Shown here piece after piece: positions 8,243-18,120 of a stretch of DNA of 64,000 bases (the stretch's first letter is position 1; each line of letters opens with the position of its first letter). The notes under the pieces were generated by a model. That model saw nothing but the letters and a program-made list of their open reading frames with translations, had not been told where the DNA came from and did no database searches. Origin of the DNA: an uncultured Alphaproteobacteria bacterium (GTDB lineage Bacteria > Pseudomonadota > Alphaproteobacteria > Methylaequorales > Methylaequoraceae); NCBI GenBank assembly GCA_902595755.1, contig CACJRF010000003.1, positions 56,580 through 120,579 on the forward strand. The letters are read 5' to 3'. The position numbers and the translations under genes are program-made.

Positions 8243-9417
8243 AATTTTTTTTTGAATATCTTTCCACTGTTCTTATAGCTTTCTCTTATACTTTTTTAAT
8301 AAGAAATCACGTATATTTTGGAGTCGTATTGGGAACTGGAACTTTAATAATGGTATTATTAAATATAAGTATAATAAAATCAGAGCTACCAAAATATAAT
8401 TTTAAACCATTTTTAATATTGGTCATCAGTTTTTTCATTGCCTCATTGAACTCAATCATGATTGGAAGATCGTTGGCAGTTTTTATTTATTTAGTATTAA
8501 TTATTATATTCAGTTTTTTCATTTATATATCTATCTCTAAAAACCAAGTTATAAAAGAAAGGCTTCTTCATTATTTTGTCATATCTATTTATGTAAATTT
8601 ATTTATCGTCACAGTTTTTAATTTCATTAACTGGGATTTAAAGTTTATAGATACAAGTGAAATTAAAAGGTTTAAGGGTTATCTAAATATTTTGACAATC
8701 CTAGTTTTAATCCTACCTTTTATAAAGAAAACAAAAATAAATATTATTGCTTGTATTTTTTTGATACCTAATTTATGGCTAAGTAATTGTAACTCTGCAA
8801 TTCTAGGTGTCTTAATATCATTGGCAGCTTTATCAATTTTTTATATTTATAAAAATATATTTAGATTTAAGATATTATTTTACTTTTTACTTTTTATTTT
8901 AATAACTTTTTCTTCCCAAATATTATTAAATCTTCCGGAAAATTTAGATAAGGAATCAATTCAAACACAAAAATTTATAGTTCCAACTTTTTTAGTAGAT
9001 GCTCATAGACAATACATTTGGAGTTTTAGTATTAAAAAAATTTCTGAAAAACCATTATTGGGTTACGGACCAGATACTTCTAATTTTATTGAAGGCAGTC
9101 AAGAAATTATAGGATCAAAATATACTGGAACTATGCCATATATCCCTAGTCATCCGCATAACTTTCTACTAGAGATTTTCTTAGACACTGGAATAATTGG
9201 GCTAGTTGTGTTTATAATTTTTATTTTTTATTATAATTTTCAAATCTTTAGAAAATCGAATAGCAACGGGAAGTTTTTACTAATTTTATTTTTTTTTTAT
9301 TTTTGGGGCTCTTCTTTAGTCAATTTTTCTTTCTGGCTTGGATGGTGGCAAGTGAGTTATTTTTTTATAACTGCGCTTATAAGCTCGATTAATTTATCCA
9401 AAAACCAAAAGACTTGA
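8239..9417 (+). CDS. O-antigen ligase (WaaL/Wzy_C) family membrane protein
   Basis: Multi-TM protein with HRQYIW...EKPLLGYGP...HPHNFLLEIFLDTGIIG. Confidence 0.85.
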   Translation: MKFFFEYLSTVLIAFSYTFLIRNHVYFGVVLGTGTLIMVLLNISIIKSELPKYNFKPFLILVISFFIASLNSIMIGRSLAVFIYLVLIIIFSFFIYISISKNQVIKERLLHYFVISIYVNLFIVTVFNFINWDLKFIDTSEIKRFKGYLNILTILVLILPFIKKTKINIIACIFLIPNLWLSNCNSAILGVLISLAALSIFYIYKNIFRFKILFYFLLFILITFSSQILLNLPENLDKESIQTQKFIVPTFLVDAHRQYIWSFSIKKISEKPLLGYGPDTSNFIEGSQEIIGSKYTGTMPYIPSHPHNFLLEIFLDTGIIGLVVFIIFIFYYNFQIFRKSNSNGKFLLILFFFYFWGSSLVNFSFWLGWWQVSYFFITALISSINLSKNQKT

Positions 9418-10623
9418 ATTGAATAAACTTTTTTTGTCTATCTTGTCATAAAATTTTAAAATATCTATATTAAAAAGCATTTTAAAATTTTTATCATGAT
9501 GAAAAAAAATTTGATTGCTTCTCTCAACGCTATTAATTATATTAACAAAATCTTCTAACGTTGGTTCTCTGTTCTCCTTTGAACAAATCCCTAATAAAAT
9601 AATTTTTGAAACAGTTGCTAGAAAAATTGACATATAGAAATTATACTTGAGAAATGAATTTGGATTTGTGAGTATATGTGCATAACCTAAAATTTCATTT
9701 AAAAAAAAGTTTCTAAATATATGATTATTCTTTTGTTCAAACCTACAAAAATATTCCTGATTGATCTTTTTCAAATTCTCTATAGCATAATCTATATTAT
9801 CAAACCTACCGACTAGTTCTAGATAACTATTTTCAATTAAGCTAATTAATTTTTGAGTATAAAAGTTACTACAAGTATGTTTTAATTTAATCTGATCAAT
9901 AATGTTGAAAATATCAGTTAAAAATAAAATTTTAAGGTTAGAATTATCAAACGCTATGATATCGATGTCACAAAAATTTTCATAAAAAAATTTGTAAATC
10001 TCGTCAAATTGTTTTGAATTCTGAGAAATATTTAGTTGTTCTTCTAAAAGTTTATTAAAAATAACTAAAGAATTAAGATAACTTATCTTTTCATTTTGAA
10101 GTAATTGATACACCTTATTAATTATTAAGTTCCCAGTATTTGCAAATGGAGTTTCAAATTTCTCTGACACCAAATTAAACTTTTTTTTTTTATAAAATTT
10201 ATCCTCATAAATTTCCATTGAATTTTTATTTGATAAACAAAGTCTTGCAGCTTCTGGACAGGACACACTTAATGTTACAAGTTTATTTTCTTTAAAATTT
10301 ATATTTTTTCTTGGGAAAGTGTAACAGGTATGAGATAAGAAATCCTCTCCATATTTCTTTTGAATACTACATAATCCATCATTTCCTAAAAATGAGCAAT
10401 ACCCATCTTTTCTCGACTTAATAGATGAGAAATGTTTTTCAGTTGGATTATCTTTTTTTTGCAAAAGGTTAGGTATATTCGTGATCCCTTCTATTTTTAT
10501 TTTTTGATATTTAGAATGAGTTTCTTTATCTATGTCAATAGTCATCCCATGACAACATGTCTCAGGGCATTTTGAACCAAGGCATGAGAATTTATTAACA
10601 TATTGTGGAGAATAATTGACCAT
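9394..10623 (-). CDS. fliB: Flagellin lysine-N-methylase FliB family
   Basis: PQYVNKFSCLGSKCPETCCHG.IDIDKET, CSFL...GLCSIQKKYGEDFLSHTCYTFPR and SVSCPEAARL form the FliB Cys-rich signature. Confidence 0.85.
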   Translation of the reverse strand: MVNYSPQYVNKFSCLGSKCPETCCHGMTIDIDKETHSKYQKIKIEGITNIPNLLQKKDNPTEKHFSSIKSRKDGYCSFLGNDGLCSIQKKYGEDFLSHTCYTFPRKNINFKENKLVTLSVSCPEAARLCLSNKNSMEIYEDKFYKKKKFNLVSEKFETPFANTGNLIINKVYQLLQNEKISYLNSLVIFNKLLEEQLNISQNSKQFDEIYKFFYENFCDIDIIAFDNSNLKILFLTDIFNIIDQIKLKHTCSNFYTQKLISLIENSYLELVGRFDNIDYAIENLKKINQEYFCRFEQKNNHIFRNFFLNEILGYAHILTNPNSFLKYNFYMSIFLATVSKIILLGICSKENREPTLEDFVNIINSVERSNQIFFHHDKNFKMLFNIDILKFYDKIDKKSLFNSSLLVFG

Positions 10624-10634
10624 ACTTTTATGGT

Positions 10635-10650
10635 CGCAAAATATATGCCA
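10635..10650 (-). promoter_or_regulatory. Sigma-54 promoter for fliB
   Basis: Minus strand reads TGGCATATATTTTGCG (GG-N10-GC); 12 nt separate the -12 C from the fliB ATG. Confidence 0.75.
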
Positions 10651-10677
10651 ATTTTTTTGAAGATAATAAATTTAATC

Positions 10678-10693
10678 TGGTCTAAGAATTGCA
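10678..10693 (+). promoter_or_regulatory. Sigma-54 promoter for the PhyH-like dioxygenase
   Basis: TGGTCTAAGAATTGCA (GG-N10-GC with TTGCA), ending 24 nt before the ATG at 10718. Confidence 0.65.
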
Positions 10694-10717
10694 CTAAGAT
10701 TTATCAAAGATTATAAA

Positions 10718-11626
10718 ATGTTAAGAAAAGTAGAAAAATTAGACGTAAATTATCTCAATAATGACTCTTTATTAAGTAAGGAGTTCTGGGTTAATCTTAA
10801 TCCCTATTTGAATATCGAGAATATTTTTTATGATAATCAATCAATAATTTCATATAAAAACCTCGCTCAAGATAAAAATCATCTAATAAAATTAGGATAT
10901 TTACATAAAAAAAAACCAAATTTTAAAGTTCCAATTCTATCAATGAAAAAATCTATAGGCAATATAGTTAATTATAAATTACCTCCTGTTTTTGCATTTG
11001 TTTATGATGAATTCTGGTATACTCAATTTCAATTGCAAATGTTACTTGAGGAATTTCTCGATAAAAATTATAAACAACTTCCTGATTTTTGGGCATGGCA
11101 TGTGAGTAGTGGTCAATCAGGATGGGCGCCTCATAGAGATAAAGGTGAAACATCTTTATTTAAGAATAACAAACCAAAATCTCTTACGGTATGGATTCCC
11201 CTTAGTAAAGCCTCACCAGATAATAGTTGTATGTATATACTTCCAGCGAATAAAGATAATTTTTATAATAAACCTAAATTGAATTCAGATTTACCAGGAG
11301 TCGTTTCTGATATAAAAGCACTTCCTGCTGAAGCTGGTGACGTTTTAATGTGGACACAAGAACTTTATCATTGGGGTTCTAGTTCAGGCCAGGACAGTCT
11401 TAATGATCCAAGAATAAGTATAGCATTTGAGTTTCAAAGATCTGATATTGCACCATTTAATACTTTTTTACTAGAACCTAATCTTCTACCTACATTTAAT
11501 GAACGTTTAGTCCTAATATCTATGCAAATTTTACAATACACACATATGTATGGTTTTAAAAAAGACCTAGTATATTGGGCACAAAGTTATATAGAAAAAT
11601 ATAAAGAGAAATTGTCTTTAGTATAA
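10718..11626 (+). CDS. Phytanoyl-CoA dioxygenase (PhyH)-family 2OG-Fe(II) oxygenase
   Basis: WAPHRD (HxD), LTVWIPL...PDNSCMYILP, AGDVLMW...HWGS and PRISIAF. Confidence 0.85.
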   Translation: MLRKVEKLDVNYLNNDSLLSKEFWVNLNPYLNIENIFYDNQSIISYKNLAQDKNHLIKLGYLHKKKPNFKVPILSMKKSIGNIVNYKLPPVFAFVYDEFWYTQFQLQMLLEEFLDKNYKQLPDFWAWHVSSGQSGWAPHRDKGETSLFKNNKPKSLTVWIPLSKASPDNSCMYILPANKDNFYNKPKLNSDLPGVVSDIKALPAEAGDVLMWTQELYHWGSSSGQDSLNDPRISIAFEFQRSDIAPFNTFLLEPNLLPTFNERLVLISMQILQYTHMYGFKKDLVYWAQSYIEKYKEKLSLV

Positions 11627-11683
11627 TATTTTTATTTTTAAATAACCTCTTAAATGATAAACAAGTTTGTAAAATAATTAATT

Positions 11684-12400
11684 CTAATAATCAAAATGTA
11701 CTTTTTTATTATTGAACTTTACAAAAAAGTATGTCCATCCGTATATTGATGATAGTTTATAACCATTAGAAGTAAAAAATTTATAGATTTTATTATTAGT
11801 TGGAGGACATTTTTCAGAATGTATTTCAATAGATACAAGCTCCGGAGAATATTTTTTTATAGCAAAGCCATCAAGTACATTTTCTTCATTTCCCTCAACA
11901 TCAATATTTAAATAATCAATTTTATTAATCTCATGATTTTTAAGGATTGTGTTTAGACTAAGCTGCTCTAATCTAAGTACAGTTGGTTCTTTATTTACAC
12001 TTTTTTTTGTATATTCTTTAAATTTTTTATCGACTGTATTCATTGAGCAATTATCATAAAAAATATACGCATCTATCATAGATTCATTTTTTCCTACTGA
12101 AATATTTAAATTTATATCTTTCGATCTAATCAATTTATTAAGTTTTATTGATCTAGGAGATATATCAACTTTGACTCCTTTCCATCCTCTTTTGTATAAA
12201 AGATATGTTAGTGATCTACTTTTTGGAAGATTACAGCCTATGTCCACATAAAATCCTTTTTTTTTTTGCTGAAAAAAATAGTCTACAAAGAGATCTTCTC
12301 CAAAACTTTCAGAATATGATTTTTTGTATTCACCAAAATAATTTTTTATTAATTCATAAAAAAATGAAGATTTAATTTTTTTTCTAATTTTTTTAAGCAT
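11684..12400 (-). CDS. FkbM-family methyltransferase
   Basis: GFYVDIGCN, GWKG and IDYLNIDVEGNE. Confidence 0.9.
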   Translation of the reverse strand: MLKKIRKKIKSSFFYELIKNYFGEYKKSYSESFGEDLFVDYFFQQKKKGFYVDIGCNLPKSRSLTYLLYKRGWKGVKVDISPRSIKLNKLIRSKDINLNISVGKNESMIDAYIFYDNCSMNTVDKKFKEYTKKSVNKEPTVLRLEQLSLNTILKNHEINKIDYLNIDVEGNEENVLDGFAIKKYSPELVSIEIHSEKCPPTNNKIYKFFTSNGYKLSSIYGWTYFFVKFNNKKVHFDY

Positions 12401-12408
12401 TCTACTTA

Positions 12409-13956
12409 TTATTCAAATTCAATGGTACCCGGAGGTTTTGAGGTATAATCATAACAGACTCTATTAATTCCTTTGACATTATTAATAATTTCTGTTGAAC
12501 AGTTTTGTAAAAATGATTTATTAAAACTATATGGTTCAGCCGTCATTCCATCAGTAGAAGTTACCGCTCTTATTACACATATTTTTTCATATGTTCTATT
12601 GTCTCCCATGACCCCAACTGTCTTGGTTGGTAATAAAACACAAAAGGCTTGCCATATTTTATCATAAAGTTTTTTTTGTTTTAATAACCTTATAAAAATA
12701 TCATCAGCTTCTCTTAACATCTTCAAGCTTTTTTCATTTACTTCACCTAGAATTCTTATGCCCAGGCCTGGACCTGGGAAAGGATGTCTTCTGATGAATT
12801 CATCAGGAATTTTTAATTCTCTTCCCAAACCTCTGACTTCATCTTTAAACAGCTCACGTAGAGGTTCTACTAACTTAAGTTTCATTTTTTTGGGGAGTCC
12901 ACCTACATTATGATGAGATTTAATTGTTACAGACTTATCACCCATGTTGGAAACAGATTCTATGACATCTGGATAAAGTGTTCCCTGAGCAAGAAATTCA
13001 GTATTCTTATCATTAAGTGAATTTTTTTCAAAAATTCTAATAAAAATTTTTCCAATAATTTTTCTTTTTTTCTCAGGGTTAGTTACTCCCTGTAATTCTT
13101 TAAGGAATATTTTTTTTGCATTAACCACTTTTAAATTTATATCATATACTTTAGTGAATAAGTCTTTAATTGTTTTAACTTCATCTTTTCTCATTAGGCC
13201 TGTATCAACTAATATACATTTTAGATTTTTTCCAATTGCTTTATCTAATAAAATAGCAGTAACCGTTGAATCAACTCCACCCGACAAACCACAAACAACT
13301 TTTTTATCATTGATTGTATCTTTTAATTTTTGAATTATTTCTGTTTTAAAGGATTTCATATTCCATGTTTTTTTACACTTACAAATATCAAAAATAAAAT
13401 TACCTAATATTTTTGTTCCTCCAACTGTATGCGAAACTTCTGGGTGAAACTGTACTCCAAAAATTTTTAGTTTTAAATTTTGTATTATTACTGAACTACA
13501 TGATTGAGTTGAAGCAATTCTCTCAAAATTTTTTGGAAGGTTCTCTACATGATCACTATGACTCATCCAAACCTGTGATTTTTTTTCTTTAACATAAACG
13601 TTTTTAATTAATGGCGAACTTTTAGTAACTGATATTTCTCTTCTTCCAAATTCCCTATCTTCTGATAACCTAATTGTTCCTCCAAAATTTTTAGCTATCA
13701 ATTGAAGTCCATAACATATTCCAAGAATTGGAATCGAACTCTCGTAAACAAAATTAGGCAATTTTGGGGAATCCTTTAAATTTACAGACCTTGGACCTCC
13801 TGAAAAGATAACTCCTTTTATATTATTACTCTTTAAATTATCTTTTTTTACTTTAAAATAAGGCATAACCTCACTGTAAATTCCTAACTCCCTGATTCTT
13901 CTAGCAATAAGTTTGGTTACTTGAGAGCCAAAATCTATAATTAGAACTCTATCCAT
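12409..13956 (-). CDS. guaA: GMP synthase (glutamine-hydrolysing)
   Basis: IDFGSQ, GICYG, QFHPEV, LSGGVDS and KPPGTIEFE. Confidence 0.98.
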   Translation of the reverse strand: MDRVLIIDFGSQVTKLIARRIRELGIYSEVMPYFKVKKDNLKSNNIKGVIFSGGPRSVNLKDSPKLPNFVYESSIPILGICYGLQLIAKNFGGTIRLSEDREFGRREISVTKSSPLIKNVYVKEKKSQVWMSHSDHVENLPKNFERIASTQSCSSVIIQNLKLKIFGVQFHPEVSHTVGGTKILGNFIFDICKCKKTWNMKSFKTEIIQKLKDTINDKKVVCGLSGGVDSTVTAILLDKAIGKNLKCILVDTGLMRKDEVKTIKDLFTKVYDINLKVVNAKKIFLKELQGVTNPEKKRKIIGKIFIRIFEKNSLNDKNTEFLAQGTLYPDVIESVSNMGDKSVTIKSHHNVGGLPKKMKLKLVEPLRELFKDEVRGLGRELKIPDEFIRRHPFPGPGLGIRILGEVNEKSLKMLREADDIFIRLLKQKKLYDKIWQAFCVLLPTKTVGVMGDNRTYEKICVIRAVTSTDGMTAEPYSFNKSFLQNCSTEIINNVKGINRVCYDYTSKPPGTIEFE

Positions 13957-15425
13957 TATTTGTTTGTTTGATAATTTGGCGACTCTCTAGTAATTGAAAT
14001 GCTATGTACATGACTTTCACTTAAACCTGAAGATGTGATTTTAACAAATTTCGATTTTTTTCTAAATTCGTTAAGATTTTTATTACCAGTGTAACCAAGT
14101 GACGCCTTAACACCGCCTACAAGTTGTTCTATAATCTTTTCCAAAGCACCTCGATAAGGTACCCTACCCTCTACCCCCTCAGGAACAAACTTATTTGAAT
14201 CTGTTATATCTTCTTGAAAATATCTATCTGCTGAGCCCCTACCCATTGCACCAAGAGACCCCATACCTCTATACGATTTATAGGTTCGACCATTTGAAAG
14301 AAATACTTCTCCAGGCGCTTCATCAGTTCCAGCAAATAACGATCCTATCATTACAACATCTGCACCAAATCCTAAGGCTTTCGCAATATCACCTGAATAT
14401 TTTATTCCTCCATCAGAAATAATTGGAATTTTATTTTTTTTTGCAACACTAAATACCTCAGAAATAGCATGTAATTGTGGTACGCCAACACCAGCTACAA
14501 TTCTAGTCGTACAAATTGAACCTGGACCAATTCCAACTTTCAAAGCATCCGCACCACTTCTAATTAAATCTTTAGCAGCCTCAGCAGTAGCAATATTTCC
14601 GACAATTACAGGTAAGTTAGGATTTGTTTTTTTAATCTTGATTAAAGTATCAATAACATTTTTAGAATGCCCATGCGCTGTATCTATAGCTATAACGTCC
14701 ACACCTGATTTTTTTAGAAAATTAAGTCTTTCTATTCCTTGTTCTTCACCAACACCTATAGCTGCACCCACCCTCAATCTCCCAAAACTATCTTTAGTAG
14801 CTAATGGAAACTTTTTTGCTTTATCAATATCTTTAACTGTAATCAAACCAATACATCTATAGTCATTATCAACAACAAGAAGCTTTTCAATTCTGTGTGT
14901 GTGCAATAATTTTTTAGCATTATCCATGGAGATATTTTTTTTTACTGTTATTAGATTCTCTTTTGTCATTAAAGAATTAACTTTCTGTTCAAGATTATTG
15001 GCAAACCTAATATCTCTATTAGTTAGAATTCCAACCAACTTTTTTGTATTTCTCTCAACTACTGGAATACCTGATATATTATATTTTTCTTTTAATTTGA
15101 TAGCATCCATCAAAGTGCTTTCAGGATAAATAGTAAATGGATCTACGACCATACCCGATTCAAATCTTTTAACCTTAAGAACCTCATTCGCCTGCTTTTT
15201 AAAACTTAAGTTTTTGTGAATAAAACCAAGACCACCCATCTGTGCAATTTTTATTGCCATTGATGATTCTGTAACGGTATCCATTGCAGCTGATACTAAA
15301 GGGATATTCAATTTTATTTTTTTTGTAAGAGATGTATGAAGTTCAGCTTTGTTAGGTTGTATTGACGATTTACCTGGGACTATTAGAACGTCATCGAATG
15401 TTAATGCTTCTTTTAAATATTTCAT
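13956..15425 (-). CDS. guaB: IMP dehydrogenase
   Basis: LTFDDV, SAAMDTVTE and GIGPGSICTTR. Confidence 0.98.
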   Translation of the reverse strand: MKYLKEALTFDDVLIVPGKSSIQPNKAELHTSLTKKIKLNIPLVSAAMDTVTESSMAIKIAQMGGLGFIHKNLSFKKQANEVLKVKRFESGMVVDPFTIYPESTLMDAIKLKEKYNISGIPVVERNTKKLVGILTNRDIRFANNLEQKVNSLMTKENLITVKKNISMDNAKKLLHTHRIEKLLVVDNDYRCIGLITVKDIDKAKKFPLATKDSFGRLRVGAAIGVGEEQGIERLNFLKKSGVDVIAIDTAHGHSKNVIDTLIKIKKTNPNLPVIVGNIATAEAAKDLIRSGADALKVGIGPGSICTTRIVAGVGVPQLHAISEVFSVAKKNKIPIISDGGIKYSGDIAKALGFGADVVMIGSLFAGTDEAPGEVFLSNGRTYKSYRGMGSLGAMGRGSADRYFQEDITDSNKFVPEGVEGRVPYRGALEKIIEQLVGGVKASLGYTGNKNLNEFRKKSKFVKITSSGLSESHVHSISITRESPNYQTNK

Positions 15426-15466
15426 AAAATAATTTAAACGATAATTTAAATTTATTAAATAAATAA

Positions 15467-16105
15467 TTATTTTTTTTTGGCAATTATATACGTTTCAGGC
15501 GATTCCTTTCTTGACGCTTGTGGTTTAAAATATTTAATAGACTTAAAAATTTTAGATATTCTATCCATAAGTTCTCCTTGTGCTCCTCCTTGGAAAATTT
15601 TGCAAACAAAAAATCCATTTTTTTTTAGAAATAATTCAGAAACATCAAGAACACTCTCAATTAATGAAACAATTTTCAAGTGATCCACACTTCTATTTCC
15701 TGAGGTATTTGGTGACATATCACTCAATAAAATATCTATTTTTTCACCAAAAAAATTATTTATTTCCTCTATTGTCTTATTTTCAAAAATATCTCTTTGT
15801 AGAAAATTAATCCCGTTGATATCTTTGATTATGAGTTTGTCTATTCCAAGAATCTTGCTTTTTTTATAGTTAGTTAATCTTTTTATGACTTGGAGCCATC
15901 CTCCAGGAGCACAACCCAGATCAAGAATATTCAATTTATTTTGATTAAAAATTTTAAATTTATTATCAATTTGAATTAGTTTAAATGATGACCTAGATCT
16001 GAAACCTTCTAACTTTGATTTTAGTAAAAACTCATCATTAATATGACGATTAAGCCATAAAGAACTTTTATGGCTATGTTTTTTTATAAGCTTAATTTTT
16101 TTCAA
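15467..16105 (-). CDS. rlmE: 23S rRNA Um2552 methyltransferase
   Basis: RSRSSFKL, DLGCAPGGW, SDMSPN and KPQASRKESPE. Confidence 0.95.
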   Translation of the reverse strand: MKKIKLIKKHSHKSSLWLNRHINDEFLLKSKLEGFRSRSSFKLIQIDNKFKIFNQNKLNILDLGCAPGGWLQVIKRLTNYKKSKILGIDKLIIKDINGINFLQRDIFENKTIEEINNFFGEKIDILLSDMSPNTSGNRSVDHLKIVSLIESVLDVSELFLKKNGFFVCKIFQGGAQGELMDRISKIFKSIKYFKPQASRKESPETYIIAKKK

Positions 16106-17004
16106 TATAAATTCTCAATCATTCCTTCTGTAAGTCCACTCTGACTAACTAAAATTTTTTTTATTTGAAAATTTTCTAAAATTTTCTCTAAAATTTCAAT
16201 TCCATTTAATAACAGTGGATATCTGTTTCTAATACAAGGATGTTTTACCATTTCAGATATTTCTAATTTTTTAAGATTTTTGATAATTTTCATTATTTCA
16301 TCTACATCTAACAAAGAACCTTCAATTTTATTTCTATCAAAAGTTCTCAAATTCTGATAGATAGCAGACAATGTTGATACAGTACTACATGAACCAAGTG
16401 AGAAACTTGGGTCAACATTGTTTGATGAATTTGATTTCAAAGATAGAAAATATCTCTTCATCTGAGATATAATATTACTTTTACCATGAAGGTTAATTCT
16501 TTCTGTTAAGTTAATGACACCTAATGGTATCGAACTTGTTTCAAACTTTTCACCTTTTACATCAAAAAATGATATTTCAGTACTACCACCACCAATATCA
16601 AATAATATTCCTTCATTATTTATTCTCTCAACATATTTCTTACAACTTTGAAAACATAATTGTGCCTCTTCATTGACTGAAATTATTTCAACATATAATC
16701 CAGTTTTTTTTTTTACCTCTCTAGTAAAGAAATCTGAATTTATAACCTGTCGACAAGCTTCAGTCGCAACACATCTATAGTTTGTAACATTATATTCCAA
16801 CATCTTTCTTGAGAACATTGTAAGGCACTTAACAGTCTTTTTAGTGTTTTCATGAGTAAATTCATTACTATATGACAAATTTTTAATTAAATTTGTTGCT
16901 ACAGATATTTTTTTTAAAATCTTTATTTTAGGACTATTATTTACAATTATCATTCTACAATTGTAACTTCCTATATCTATGGCTGCTGTTATTTTATTAA
17001 TCAA
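16102..17004 (-). CDS. ppx: Ppx/GppA exopolyphosphatase
   Basis: AIDIGSYNCR, VATEACR and DIGGGSTE. Confidence 0.9.
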   Translation of the reverse strand: MINKITAAIDIGSYNCRMIIVNNSPKIKILKKISVATNLIKNLSYSNEFTHENTKKTVKCLTMFSRKMLEYNVTNYRCVATEACRQVINSDFFTREVKKKTGLYVEIISVNEEAQLCFQSCKKYVERINNEGILFDIGGGSTEISFFDVKGEKFETSSIPLGVINLTERINLHGKSNIISQMKRYFLSLKSNSSNNVDPSFSLGSCSTVSTLSAIYQNLRTFDRNKIEGSLLDVDEIMKIIKNLKKLEISEMVKHPCIRNRYPLLLNGIEILEKILENFQIKKILVSQSGLTEGMIENLY

Positions 17005-17082
17005 TTTACTATACTCTGTTCGTATTAGATAATATTGTATAAATAATTAAAAAAATTATCAATTAACCTTATATTTACTGTA

Positions 17083-18120
17083 ATGAGAATTTATATACTT
17101 ATAGCTATACTTTTAATCATATCGATAGGTTTATTTTTTAAGGAGGATAGTCCTAAAAATTCGTCATCCATCGAAAAGATTGAAAAGACTGTGGGTGTAA
17201 AATTATTAGATAAACAAAAATATTCTAAAATCCTTAAGCTTAGAGGTTTTACTGAGGCATCAAGGATTGTTACGATTAAATCTCAAGTTGAAGGAAGAAT
17301 TAGTGCAAAGTTTTTTAATAAAGGAGGATATTACAAAGCAGGGGAGCAACTTCTTTTAATTGATCCTGAGGATAAATTAGCTAAGGTTAAAGAAATGGAG
17401 GCTTTATTAAATCAAAGAAAAAAAGAATATGAAGTAGCTGAGAATTTATTTAAAAAAGGTTTCAGATCTGAACTTAAATTAACGAAATCTAGAACCAATT
17501 TTGAAAATGCTCTTGCGCAATATGAAAAAAGTCAAGTTGATTTAAATAATACAAAAGTCCTCATACCTTTTGATAGCATTATTGATGATAGCTTTGTTGA
17601 GCTTGGAGATTACTTAAAAAAGGGGGATTCAATAGTAAAAATAGTAGATCTCGATCCTCTTCACATTAATCTAACAGCTAATGAAAATGATATAAATAAA
17701 ATCAAGCTTAATCAGAATGCAAAAGTGATTATTGGAGAAAAAGAAATTAATGGTAAAGTTAATTTTATATCAAAAACATCGGATAAGGAAACTAGAAATT
17801 TTAGAATACAGGTGGAAGTAAAGAATCTAAATAATCAAATATTTAGTGGTCTCTCTTCAGAAATTGAAATTAATTTAAATCCATTACCAGCATTTTTTAT
17901 ACCCTCTTCATTAGTCACTTTAAATGACGAGGGAAAACTTGGAATTAAATCTGTGAATAAAAATATAGTAAAATTTCATCCTATTAAGATTTTAAGTGAT
18001 AGTGGGCAAGGTTACTGGATTGATGCAAGGCAATTTTCTTTAGATAAATTACCAATAATAAATAAAGGTCACGAGTTTACCGTGGAAGGTGAAGTGGTAA
18101 AGTTTTTAAAAGATGATTGA
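17083..18120 (+). CDS. RND efflux periplasmic adaptor (MFP)
   Basis: N-terminal TM, lipoyl/hairpin pattern; adjacent to an RND permease. Confidence 0.9.
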   Translation: MRIYILIAILLIISIGLFFKEDSPKNSSSIEKIEKTVGVKLLDKQKYSKILKLRGFTEASRIVTIKSQVEGRISAKFFNKGGYYKAGEQLLLIDPEDKLAKVKEMEALLNQRKKEYEVAENLFKKGFRSELKLTKSRTNFENALAQYEKSQVDLNNTKVLIPFDSIIDDSFVELGDYLKKGDSIVKIVDLDPLHINLTANENDINKIKLNQNAKVIIGEKEINGKVNFISKTSDKETRNFRIQVEVKNLNNQIFSGLSSEIEINLNPLPAFFIPSSLVTLNDEGKLGIKSVNKNIVKFHPIKILSDSGQGYWIDARQFSLDKLPIINKGHEFTVEGEVVKFLKDD

